From assembly GCA_964016885.1 (NCBI GenBank), contig OZ024742.1, forward strand, positions 58,032,001-58,096,000: a stretch of 64,000 nucleotides of DNA, written 5' to 3'. Of the stretch, positions 49,001-58,435 are shown one piece after another. Made by a program: the position numbers and the translations under genes. This stretch comes from Eledone cirrhosa. Its lineage: Eukaryota. Numbering within the stretch: the first letter of the stretch is position 1; each line of letters begins with the position of its first letter. Under the pieces are notes generated by a model. That model searched no databases. It was not told the origin of the DNA and saw only the letters and a list, made by a program, of their open reading frames with translations.

Positions 49001-50511
49001 ATTGTTGGTACTGGGATGGTAGGATATAGTCACACATTGTTGGTACTGGAATGGTGGGATATAGTCACACATTGTTGGTACTGGGATGGTGGCATATAGT
49101 CACACATTGTTGGTACTGGTATGGTGGCATATAGTCATACATTGTTGGTACTGGTATGGTGGGATATAGTCACGTTGTTGGTATTGGGATGGTGGGATAT
49201 AGTCACACATTGTTGGTATTGGGATGGTGGGATATAGTCACACATTGTTGGTACTGGAATGGTGGGATATAGTCACACATTGTTGGTACTGAGATGGTGG
49301 GATATAGTCACACATTGTTGGTACTGAGATGGTGGGATATAGTCACACATTGTTGGTACTGGTATGGTGGGATATAGTCACGTTGTTGGTATTGGGATGG
49401 TGGGATATAGTCACACATTGTTGGTATTGGGATGGTGGGATATAGTCACACATTGTTGGTACTGGGATGGTGGGATATAGTCACACATTGTTGGTACTGG
49501 TATGGTGGGATATAGTCACACATTGTTGGTACTGAGATGGTAGGATATAGTCACACATTGTTGGTACTGGGATGGTGGGATATAGTCACACATTGTTGGT
49601 TCTGAGATGGTAGGATATAGTCACACATTGTTGGTATTGGGATGGTGGGATATAGTCACACATTGTTGGTATTGGGATGGTGGGATATAGTCACACATTG
49701 TTGGTATTGGGATGGTGGGATATAGTCACACATTGTTGGTACTGAGATGGTGGGATATAGTCACACATTGTTGGTACTGGAATGGTGGGATATAGTCACA
49801 CATTGTTGGTACTGGAATGGTGGGATATAGTCACACATTGTTGGTACTGGTATGGTAGGATATAGTCACACATTGTTGGTACTGGGATGGTGGGATATAG
49901 TCACACATTGCTGCTACTGGAATACTGTGATGGTGCAATATAATCAAACAGGTACAACTTCATTCTTGAACACATACATGTACATATATAAACATCTTTT
50001 TCTGTCTCTAAGGATCTTTATCCTATTTTATATTAACTGACTATACTTAGTTATTTTCTGTGCCTGAGCATAATACATTTTCTATATTACATTAATTTGA
50101 TTTGTACGTATTTTGTTATCCACATAACTAATCTGGTTGGGAATTCCAGCACGGACGTAAAATGAAATGAATGAATGAAATGAATATATACATATCGATA
50201 AATAAATACATATCCCTTTCTTTCTTTCTCTATATGTATATATAATTTTTATCTCTAATCACTTTCATGCTTCAGTAATCAACATAAACTTTAGGGTTTT
50301 TCTTATGCGAACCATAGATTTATTAAAAAATATATTTCCTAATTTGTTATGATTATTCATATATCCAGTAATCCTGGTATATATGTCATACCAATCCTGG
50401 ACTCCAAAAATTAGATATGCTTAATGCTATTGTTGTCATTATTGAGGGCAGGGGTCCACTAGTTATATATGATTTGCAATTTCTAAAATATTTTTACCTG
50501 TTTACTGACAG

Positions 50512-50663
50512 CAATGGTTTAACATGTATGCTCCCAGCCGTATCCAGACTGATGTTTCTTGTGGAAGACGAACATATGAGCAACAAGATTTGATGGATTC
50601 TCTCTCAGTAACACCAAACCAACTGGATATCTCCAAAGTTTTCAAAGGAAAGAACGAAAAAAA
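50512..50663 (+). CDS. Putative coding exon of an unidentified host gene (QWFNMYAPSRIQTDVSCGRRTYEQQDLMDSLSVTPNQLDISKVFKGKNEK)
   Basis: Acceptor-like TTTTTACCTGTTTACTGACAG ends at 50511. It is followed by 51 open codons of protein-like composition in an AT-rich non-repetitive context, ending at AA|GTAACA (donor) or at TAA 50665-50667. No homolog recognised. Confidence 0.5.
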
Positions 50664-50949
50664 GTAACAATTTTAATTTAAAATCTTTTTAACCCTTTTC
50701 ATATTAAACTGTCACTTTTTCTACAATACAAAGCCATCTTCACTTTTAACATCCTGTAATGATTTAGCAGAAAATATCTAAAAGACAGGGTTGTTAATTC
50801 AGATGTTTTTAGTATCTTTACAAGTAGACAGAATTGTTGCGAAAATTTACAGTTAACTAAAGGTGTTAATTTTTTAATGTGATGCAGTCATAGCGCTGTT
50901 TTGTACTTTTCAAGAAGGTCTTGGTTATGTGGTTTCACGTGGACGTGAA

Positions 50950-51240
50950 GAAAAGTCTAAAGTCTGATTTGAGTCTGGAGGCTTATCAGGCTGGTGCTTA
51001 TTCCAGTCTCCGTGGCGTGAAGCAACTGAGAGTACAAGACTTCCCGCTGATCAGGATGCCAGTCCATTGCAGGGTTAAACTCCCAGCCAGCTATTGCTGG
51101 TACTCATTTTCAGCTGAGTATACTGGAGCAATGTGAAATGAAGTGTTTTGCTCAAGAACTCAACACACGACCCAGTCCAGGAATCGAACCCACTTTATGA
51201 TCATAAGTTAAACACCCATACCACTAGGCCATGTGACTCC
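50950..51240 (-). mobile_element. tRNA-derived CORE-type SINE, near full length
   Basis: Minus strand shows A box TGGCCTAGTGG, B box GGTTCGATTCC, then CORE-like TTCTTGAGCAAAACACTTCATTTCACATTGCTCCAG. Related copies at 54291 and 62780. Confidence 0.85.
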
Positions 51241-51261
51241 ACGTTAAGAGTTAAAGTATTT

Positions 51262-51476
51262 ATCATCATCATTTAACATCTGTTTTCTCTGCTAGCAGGA
51301 CTACTAATTTCTCAGATGGGCTGGGGGCCTACATCTCACTGACATATGATTATGTGCTCTGGAGGTTGTTATTTATGTCTTTGACACAGATGAAGAGTCC
51401 TCCCACCCCTTTGTTACGCAGGTTTTTTACAACTGGATGCCCTTAATATCACCAACTACTTTACAGAGTGTACTGA
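51262..51476 (-). mobile_element. Degenerate RTE-related 3' end remnant
   Basis: Short (CAT)n then ATTTAACATCTGTTTT, and a diverged TTTTACAACTGGATGCCCTT...TTTACAGAGTG block shared with the other RTE tails in the window. Confidence 0.55.
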
Positions 51477-51554
51477 ATTACCAGGCAAATCACTAACACT
51501 AGAGAGGTTGTTATATCTTTTACATAATTGAAGGCTTCTCCCAATCCATTGTTT

Positions 51555-52062
51555 ATCATCATCATCATCATCATCATCACCGTTTTACGTCCGTTCTTCC
51601 ACGCTAGCATGGGTTAGATGGGTTGTCCTGTTGTGGGCAGTGTCTGGTCGGCTGACCATGTCTTGCTCATACAGGAACTGATTTGGCTTGATTTCTACAG
51701 CTGGATGCCCTTCCTAACACTAACCTCATTTACAGTGCATACTGGGTGCTTTTTCGTGGCGCCTACACGTCCACTTTACAGTGTGGGCTGGGTGCTTTTT
51801 TGCCGTGGCACCTCCACAACCACCTTGTGGTGGGGGGTGTGGGGGCATATTGTCTATATGCTTCAGCTTGTACCCATGGGAGGTCGGGTACTCTGTATTA
51901 CTGCGTGATGCCAGAGGTCACGGTCGTGTGTCATTGCCTTTGAGAGGTGTAATTGGGTAAGGTCGGCTTTTATCACCTCATCCCAGGTCATCTTGGGTCT
52001 CCTCACTCCGAGGTTTCCATCGACTTTTAGTGCTCTGCACCTTTTTATGCAGCTGTCATCCT
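51555..52062 (-). mobile_element. RTE-clade LINE, 5'-truncated 3' fragment (subfamily A)
   Basis: (CAT)n tail followed by ~500 bp highly similar to 58612-59110. Minus strand encodes a ...GVRRPKMTWDEVIKADL-like C-terminus. Confidence 0.88.
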
Positions 52063-52224
52063 ATTCATTTAAAAACCTCCCATCATAATTTTATGTAAGA
52101 ACCTTTAAGTGATAGGTCAAAACAGTCTACTGTACCAACTGTCAGTACCATAGAATTGATAAATGTGCCCAAACACGGAAGAGCCAAACTCCCACCGTCA
52201 TCGCCTCCATCTCTCTGTATTATG

Positions 52225-52412
52225 TGCAAATGGGGTCCCACGGCCCTGGCAGACAGAATGGAGAAAGCGTTTCCCCAGAGGATGGTAAGGGAGATGCGCT
52301 GGAAGAGCCATTCCATCTCCTGAGGCTCACACCTGTGGCTAGCCAGCTCAGCGCCTATGGTGGTAAGTAGGGAGGGCCAAGGACACCAGAAGTCTCCACT
52401 GCTAGAGCAACC
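52225..52412 (-). mobile_element. CRE-clade non-LTR retrotransposon C-terminal fragment
   Basis: Minus strand reads ALAVETSGVLGP (frameshift) SLLTTIGAELASHRCEPQEMEWLFQRISLTILWGNAFSIL. This matches the 'AVET.G..G ... LFQRLS..IQRGNA..IL' end typical of CRE restriction-like endonuclease ORFs. Confidence 0.75.
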
Positions 52413-52734
52413 GATACTTACACCAGATAAATATATAATGGCAATGTTATTACTACTTGTCAAATTTTTTATTATTTTCAAAATAATTTGAACATTTAGG
52501 CAATGATATTCATTAGAAATATAATAATGCAACAATTAAGAAAAATGCCCAAATCTTTAACAGTGATGATCATCTTTTTTATGTCCACTCATGTTTATCA
52601 ACCGTTATGTTGTGGGATATATTGATTACACAGGACATAACAAATGTCATAGGCACTGTTTAACATTGTTGGTATGAAGATACATGCAGTAAATTGACAC
52701 ATACACTGACATTATTATTATAAGACACCTAGAA

Positions 52735-53303
52735 TGGTGGATTGGCAGTATCAGTAGAGTATTGGACATGCTTTGCAGTATATACTTATGTCCTTTTATG
52801 TTCTGAGTTTAAATCCCATCAAGGTTAGCTTTGCCTTTCATCCTTACAGGGTCTATAAAATAAAGCACCAACAACACACAGGGGTCAATTTAATCTACTC
52901 CTCCCACCCACCAAATTGTTGGCCTTGTGTCTAAATCAGAAATCATTATTATTATCATCTATGTCCCTATACGATCTGAGTTCAAATCCCGCCGAGGTTG
53001 ACTTTGCCTTTCATCCTTACGGGGTTGATAAAATAAAGTACTAGTAATGCACTGGGTAATTGCTGGCCTTGTGCCTAAAGTAGAAACAATTATTATTATC
53101 ATCTATTAGCAGTATCGGTAGAGCATTGTACAAAATGCTCATGAGTAATTAGTTACGACTTTCTACATTCTGAGTTCAAATCCGAGGTCACCTTTGTCTT
53201 TTATCGTTCTGGGGTTGATAAATTACCAGTTAAGTACTGGGGTTGATATAATCGATTTCCCCTACAAATTGCCAGCCAGGTGCCTAAATTAGAAATCATT
53301 ATT
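52735..53303 (+). mobile_element. Three tandem copies of a MetaSINE-like tRNA SINE (52735-52950, 52961-53095, 53105-53303)
   Basis: Each has a B-box-like GAGTT(C/T)AAATCC, a core resembling TTTGCCTTTCATCCTTACGGGGTYGATAAAATAAAGTACC, and an end like GGCCTTGTGCCTAAA.TAGAAA.(ATT)n. Same family as 58071. Confidence 0.82.
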
Positions 53304-53608
53304 ACCATCAGCATGTGTAGTGTTTCTAGAACTGGCCACAATTAAGTTTCACAGGAATGTTGACCTCCAGTCACATTTTCAGTCACTCTCGATATTTATT
53401 GTACTAATCTGTTAGAAAACTTGGCATCTACTTAAGAGGAATATCCTGAAAAGGTTATATATTTTGTTAACAGACAGGCATGTTCTGTATGTCTGCTGAC
53501 AGCTAACAATTGCAGTTATTTATTACAGTAAAGCTAATTTTAATGCTTTCATTATTGTATTTCTAATGAAATTAAGCAAATATTTGGAGGAATTTAATTA
53601 AATAATTA

Positions 53609-53613
<5 letters not shown>

Positions 53614-53673
<60 letters not shown>
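53614..53673. repeat. (TA)n microsatellite
   Basis: ~30 TA units directly abutting an RTE (CAT)n tail. Confidence 0.97.
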
Positions 53674-53676
<3 letters not shown>

Positions 53677-54262
53677 TCATCATCATCATCATCGTTTAAC
53701 GTCCATATTCCATGCTTGCATGGGTTTGGACGGGAGTTTTCCCACTTGAGGCAAGAGTGGTTGTCTTGCTCGCATAGGACTGTCTGGCGGGTTTTCTACA
53801 GCTGGATGCCCTTCCTAACACCAACCACATTTACAGTGAGGACTTGGAGGTTTTTACCGTGTTACCTACACGGCCACATTACAGCGTGGACTGTGTGTTT
53901 TTTTTTGTCGTGACACCTATACGACCTCATTTGTTTCGGCCTGGATGTTGGTACCAACATTACTTTACATTGAAAAGGGTGGTGTGGATGGGGTGGGGGT
54001 AGTGGGACGGGGGTGTATTTTGTTAGAGGTGCCTACTGACTGTAGTAGGTTTTAATTTGTATTTAGGTAAGGCGGGTCTTCTCTATTACTGTGTAGCTCC
54101 AAAGATCTCGGTCCAGTGACATTGTCTTGGAGAGGTGTAAGTGTGTGAGGTCGGAATTTATCAAGTCATCCCAGGTTTTTCTGGGTCTGCCTACTCCGTG
54201 GCTACCGTCTATTTTTATTGCCCTGCACTTTTTTATACAGCTGTCGTCTTTCATGTCGTCTT
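53674..54262 (-). mobile_element. RTE-clade LINE 3' fragment (subfamily B)
   Basis: (CAT)n tail and CGTTTAACGTCC end. ORF remnant DDSCIKKCRAIKIDGSHGVGRPRKTWDDLINSDL...DRDLW is homologous to the 58910-59359 ORF. Flanked by (TA)n on both sides. Confidence 0.88.
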
Positions 54263-54290
54263 TATATATATATATATATATATATATAGT

Positions 54291-54409
54291 GAAGGCGTGT
54301 GGTAGAGTGGTTAGGGAATTGGATTCGCAATCGTAAGATTGTGAGTTCGATTCCTGGACCAGGCGATGCGTTATGTCCTTGAGCAAGACACTTTATTTCA
54401 CATTGCTCC
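54291..54409 (+). mobile_element. CORE-type tRNA SINE, 3'-truncated
   Basis: TGGTAGAGTGGTTAGG (A box), GAGTTCGATTCC (B box), TGTCCTTGAGCAAGACACTTTATTTCACATTGCTCC. Confidence 0.82.
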
Positions 54410-54510
54410 TTCTACCTGGAGTTGCGACCGATAGATAGTATTAGCAATTGGAAAGACCAACGGAAACATTGTTCCCTCGGCCCGATTTGACGAAAGTTGA
54501 TCGTTCCTAT

Positions 54511-56070
54511 ATAGTAGCGATAAAAAAAAAAAAATTAACTTTTCATTATTTTTCTTATTCGAAAAAATGTTTCCTTTAAAATTTAAAAGAATATTCGTAG
54601 TATATATGTCTTGTGCTAAAATATTTTCCAAATAATCAAGGGTATAAACAATATATGAATGATATAACTTTAATTTTAAAAATATACAGTGATCAAAATA
54701 AGAGAACGGAAACATAATCTTTACAAAAACACAATTAAAGATGAGATTTGGTCTACAAACTAGGGTTTATGTATTCTCAGACATTAACAGGAAGTGTAGA
54801 GGCTCTTACTTTGGATGACTTTGGCACATCTGCGTCCACATGAAGTCACCATCATATTGCACAGTTTTGGAGTGATATTATTCCACTCTTCCTCCAGTTT
54901 CATCCATAATTCAATGGTTGTAGCTGTTGTTTTCGCCATGATGTTGTCCCCAATGATCTCCCAAAGGTACTTGATTGGATTTAAGTCGGGTCAATAGGCT
55001 GACCATTTCAAAACTTCTATTTCTTCATCTTCGAGAAATTTGTTCACTTATTTTGCTGTGTGGCATGGAGCATTATCTTGCATAAAAATGGCTGGTTGAT
55101 TGGGAAAATCCCGTAAAGAGGGAATGGGGAGGTTCTGGCACACATTAGCATTAACAGTACCATTTAAGCATATGAGAGGCCCCACTCAGGCTGCTGAGAA
55201 CATTTCCCAAACCATGACATTGCCTCCTCTGAATTTTACAGACTTTTTGACACACTTAGAAAGAAGTCTTTCCCCAGTTTTACATCTTACATATTGGTTA
55301 CTACCTGAACCAACCAAATTAAACTTGCTTTCATCACTAAAATGAACTTTGGACCAGTTTCTTTCACTCCATACAACATGCTTCTCAGCAAAAGCAAGTC
55401 TACCTATTTTATTTTTTATTGCTGATAAGAGGTTTGATCACTGGGGAGCAGGCTTTCAATACTACTTCTGCCAGACAACTAGTGACTATACACTGAGACA
55501 CTTCCATGCCCAAATTAGCACTGATTTGTTGAGATATTCCAGTCAGTGTCGAAGCAGTTCTCCATAGACATTCTGTGGGTCATGCAGTCCACTCGTTGAT
55601 TTGTTTTACATGGACAGCTTGTCTTCTCCATAGACACGAATGAGTTGGTTTCAATATGCAATTTCAATATCCTCGCTATTACACTTTTAGAACAGCTATC
55701 TTCCCTTCCAATGGCCGAGAGAGAGTCCATCACTCTTCATCTGAATGACTTTATGTCGGAGAGCTTCAGTTACCTTGGAATGGGTCGACATCTTGCGAGA
55801 GTTGATAGGAAAATGGAACATACTGTCAACGTAACCCTGTTGACAAGTGTTGCCAGATATTACTAGAAAATTTAGGTAATTACACTAAAATATAGAAAAT
55901 CACTAGAGAGTTCTCTTATTTTGATCAGTATTTTTTTAAAAATTAAAGCTATGTCATTAATATTTTCTTTATAACCTTGATTATTTAGAAAATATTTTAG
56001 CCCAAGACAGATATATACATAATAAATATTCTTTCAAATTTTATCGTTCTCTTATTTTGATCGCTGCTAT
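54511..56070 (-). mobile_element. Tc1-family DNA transposon with long IR/DR-type terminal inverted repeats
   Basis: Inverted repeats at ~54511-54707 and ~55910-56070, with GATCAAAATAAGAGAAC as the internal direct repeat (two copies intact at right, inner copy intact at left). TA-rich flanks; encloses a transposase pseudogene. Confidence 0.88.
54784..55791 (-). pseudogene. Tc1 (DD34E) transposase pseudogene
   Basis: Start MSTHSKVTEALRHKVIQM at 55791. Motifs WSKVHFSDESKFNL, GGNVMVW, IFMQDNAPCHTAK*, W...*PDLNPIKYLW (34 residues from D to the E position, here K). Ends RRCAKVIQSKSLYTSC*. Several stops and frameshifts. Confidence 0.92.
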
Positions 56071-56138
56071 GTATATATATATATATGGATCGTAGTTGTC
56101 TCCCCTTCCCGCTTCGTGTCGCTATGATACTTCCTCAG

Positions 56139-56218
56139 TCAAGAACTGCTGGAATTTCAAATTTGGCGGTCATTTGATGCGAGAAGGAGCAACTTAACAG
56201 ACACGATTTTTGACTGCG
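56139..56218 (+). CDS. Possible short coding exon (QELLEFQIWRSFDARRSNLTDTIFDC)
   Basis: TTCCTCAG acceptor and strong GCG|GTAAGA donor. Only one frame is open, and it is phase-compatible with 50512-50663. Could be a fortuitous repeat fragment. Confidence 0.25.
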
Positions 56219-56564
56219 GTAAGAATTTCTTTCTTATATCAAAGTTTAATGGGCTTCCACTGATGATTTATAAGCGCCCACCTAAATATATTCTTATATG
56301 AATATATATTAGGCTTCTACATAAACTGGAAATATTCTCCCAACTTGTAGAAAACTTATAATGAAACAATTGTTTGGAAAGAGAGATGTATTTTAACTTT
56401 AATTATATCTCATAAAATAATACAACTGGTTTTTCCACATTATACATATTGTTAGCACCCCAAACACTTAAATTGGGTTTATATTTAAATATAACCTAAT
56501 GTTTGTTGAGTGAGATGGATACCAGTCAGAGTTTAGCTTTAAACTATCTCTGTTATTGTATTAA

Positions 56565-56598
<34 letters not shown>

Positions 56599-56854
56599 GA
56601 GATCGTGTAGGTGTCACGACAAAAAAACACACAGTCCACGCTGTAATGTGGCCGTGTAGGCAACACGGTAAAAACCTCCCAGACCCACACTGTAAATGTG
56701 GTTGGTGTTAGGAAGGGCATCCAACTGTAGAAAACCTGCCAGACAGTCCTATGCGAGCAAGACAATCACTCTTGCCTCAAGTGGGACTACCCCCGTCCAA
56801 ACCCATGCAAGCGTGGAACACGGACGTTAAACGTTGATGATGATGATGATGATG

Positions 56855-56855
<1 letters not shown>
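56599..56855 (+). mobile_element. RTE LINE 3' UTR fragment (subfamily B), inverted relative to 53674
   Basis: Reverse complement of ~53674-53925, ending GGACGTTAAACG then (TGA)n. Confidence 0.88.
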
Positions 56856-56906
<51 letters not shown>

Positions 56907-57395
56907 CAGTGGCGAAGAGTAACCTGGAAAGCAGGGCACGCAGTCCAATCTCCATGGCGGAAAGTGGGGCTGTGCAGCCCCCCTCCCCCCAATTCCCTCT
57001 AGTGTGTGTGTATGTTATCTTTTTGTGTCTATGATTTAGTAAGCAGTCAAAATTCTGCTTGCCCCAAAGCTGTCGTGTGTTTGTGTGTATGTGTGTGTGT
57101 GTTATCTTTTTATGTGTCTGCGATTTAGTAAACAGTCAAAATTCTGCTTGCACCAAAGCTGTTGTATGTGTGTGTGTATGTGTGTGTGTGTTATCTTTTT
57201 ATGTGTCTGCGATTTAGTAAACAGTCAAAATTCTGCTTGCCCCAAAGCTGTCGTGTGTTTGTGTGTATGTGTGTGTGTGTGTTATCTTTTTTTGTGTCTA
57301 TACGTTTTAGTAAGCAGCCAAAATTCTGCTTGCTTCAACCGACGCAATTGATCAACTCAAGATTCTATAACGCATGCACAGACCCTTCGCCCCTG
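56907..57395. mobile_element. hAT-like non-autonomous element (MITE)
   Basis: Termini CAGTGGCGAAG ... CTTCGCCCCTG (10/11 inverted match). 8-bp flanks ACACACAC / ACACACAT, although these are low complexity. Confidence 0.6.
57002..57333. repeat. ~89-bp minisatellite, ~3.7 copies
   Basis: AA(G/A)CAG(T/C)CAAAATTCTGCTTG at 57041, 57130, 57219 and 57312, with (TG)n spacers. Confidence 0.93.
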
Positions 57396-57424
57396 ACACA
57401 CATATATATATATATAATTATTTG

Positions 57425-57768
57425 GGCACTGGTTTGTTATTGTCAGTCAAAAGTGAAAGTTTGCGTCTCAGCAAACAGTGAACCCCGCCTACAGTTCCTC
57501 CCGTCGTTTATATCCGTAAAGTGACTAACGATTAAAACAAATGTAATATATTTATATTTATGGTTAGGGTTAGGGTTAGGGATAGTTTTTAGGGTTAGGG
57601 TTAGTTTAGGGACGAACTAAACATACAGAGAATAAAAAAATTGAACAGAGAAGAAAAATATTGTGATTTCACTTTACGGATATAAACGACGGGAGGAGCT
57701 ATAGGCAGGGTTCACCGCTTGCTGAGACGCAAACTTTCACTTTTGACAGACAATAACAAACCAGTGCC
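57425..57768. mobile_element. MITE-like element with 100-bp TIRs and internal TTAGGG repeats
   Basis: 57425-57524 (GGCACTGGTTTGTTATTGTC...CGTAAAGTGA) is the reverse complement of 57669-57768 with few mismatches. The interior contains GGTTAGGGTTAGGGTTAGGG...TTAGGGTTAGGGTTAGTTTAGGG. Confidence 0.85.
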
Positions 57769-58070
57769 GAGATTAGTTGTATATATATATAAATAGTTTT
57801 GGTTAGTAGATAGATAGCTATGGTTAGATATAGATAGCTTTATATAAGAAAAGAGTTATGATATGCTGGGCGGAGATATGTTTACATTTTCAATATATGG
57901 CTTAAGAATGTGGAAGTAATTCTATTTTAGTATAGAAGATGTATATTATTTTGTATATTCTATAGTTGTATCAAGATAGAAATAAATTTACGAAATTTTA
58001 ATATTTATGTAAAGTTTAAATGTTACGGTTTTATAAAGATAGCTTCCATTTATTAATATTATTGATATTA

Positions 58071-58262
58071 GGGCGGTGAATTGGCAGTATCGGTAGAGAG
58101 TTGGACGCCATGCTTTGTAGCATAGTTACGTCCCTTTACGGTCTGAGTTCAAATCCCGTCGAGGTTAACTTTGCCTTTCATCCTTACGGGGTCGATAAAA
58201 TAAAGTACCAGTAATGTACTGTGTAATTGCTGGTCTTGTGCCAAAAGTAGAAACAATATTAT
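58071..58262 (+). mobile_element. MetaSINE-like tRNA SINE
   Basis: GGCGGTGAATTGGCAGTATCGGTAGAG head, GAGTTCAAATCC B box, GCCTTTCATCCTTACGGGGTCGATAAAATAAAGTACC core, (ATT)n end. Confidence 0.85.
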
Positions 58263-58435
58263 TGATATTATACTCCAGAAGAAATCTGTTATAAATTAAA
58301 TTTGTTGAATAATCAACAAATTAAATAACTCATTGCAAGAGCTGTCAACATGAATGGACCTGTTATTTTTATCTAAAGACATTTTTTGCAATTCCATCCC
58401 GCCTGTCCCCTCAATCTATTTTATTTCTCATTCTT

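Larger units (their letters stand above)
1..49950. repeat. 35-bp tandem satellite array (~1,400 monomers, single orientation, truncated by window start)
   Basis: Continuous repeats of GATATAGTCACACATTGTTGGTAYTGRNATGGTGG. Occasional 33-bp monomers come from loss of one CA in CACACA. The last recognisable unit starts at 49894, followed by a degenerate tail ACTGTGATGGTGCAATATAATCAAACA to ~49950. Confidence 0.99.

Noticed and set aside
49928-49930. TGA as selenocysteine joining 49901-49951 to the 50512 exon in phase 0
   Set aside because: No SECIS or selenoprotein homology is identifiable; unsupported.
1-49950. CRISPR array (35-bp repeat length)
   Set aside because: The monomers abut directly with no unique spacers, there are no cas genes, and the context is eukaryotic.
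1-49950. Telomeric repeat array
   Set aside because: The array is G-rich on one strand, but the monomer is unrelated to TTAGGG, which appears separately in this window. A subtelomeric position cannot be judged from this sequence.
51165-51240. tRNA genes at SINE heads (also 54291, 58071, 62840)
   Set aside because: A/B boxes are present, but there is no intact cloverleaf and each continues into a SINE body.
50921-51943. ORFs 50921, 51618 and 51746 (and similar 53716, 58683-59486 + strand) as genes
   Set aside because: They are antisense or UTR readings of SINE and RTE copies.
52605-52680. Relic satellite monomer (GTGGGATATA and ACATTGTTGGTAT)
   Set aside because: Two 10-13 nt matches with wrong spacing; not distinguishable from chance by eye.
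56777-57524. Cys/Val/Tyr-rich ORFs (also 59602-59965, 62241-63108)
   Set aside because: They are translations of (TG)n/(TA)n-rich repeats and PLE inverted arms.
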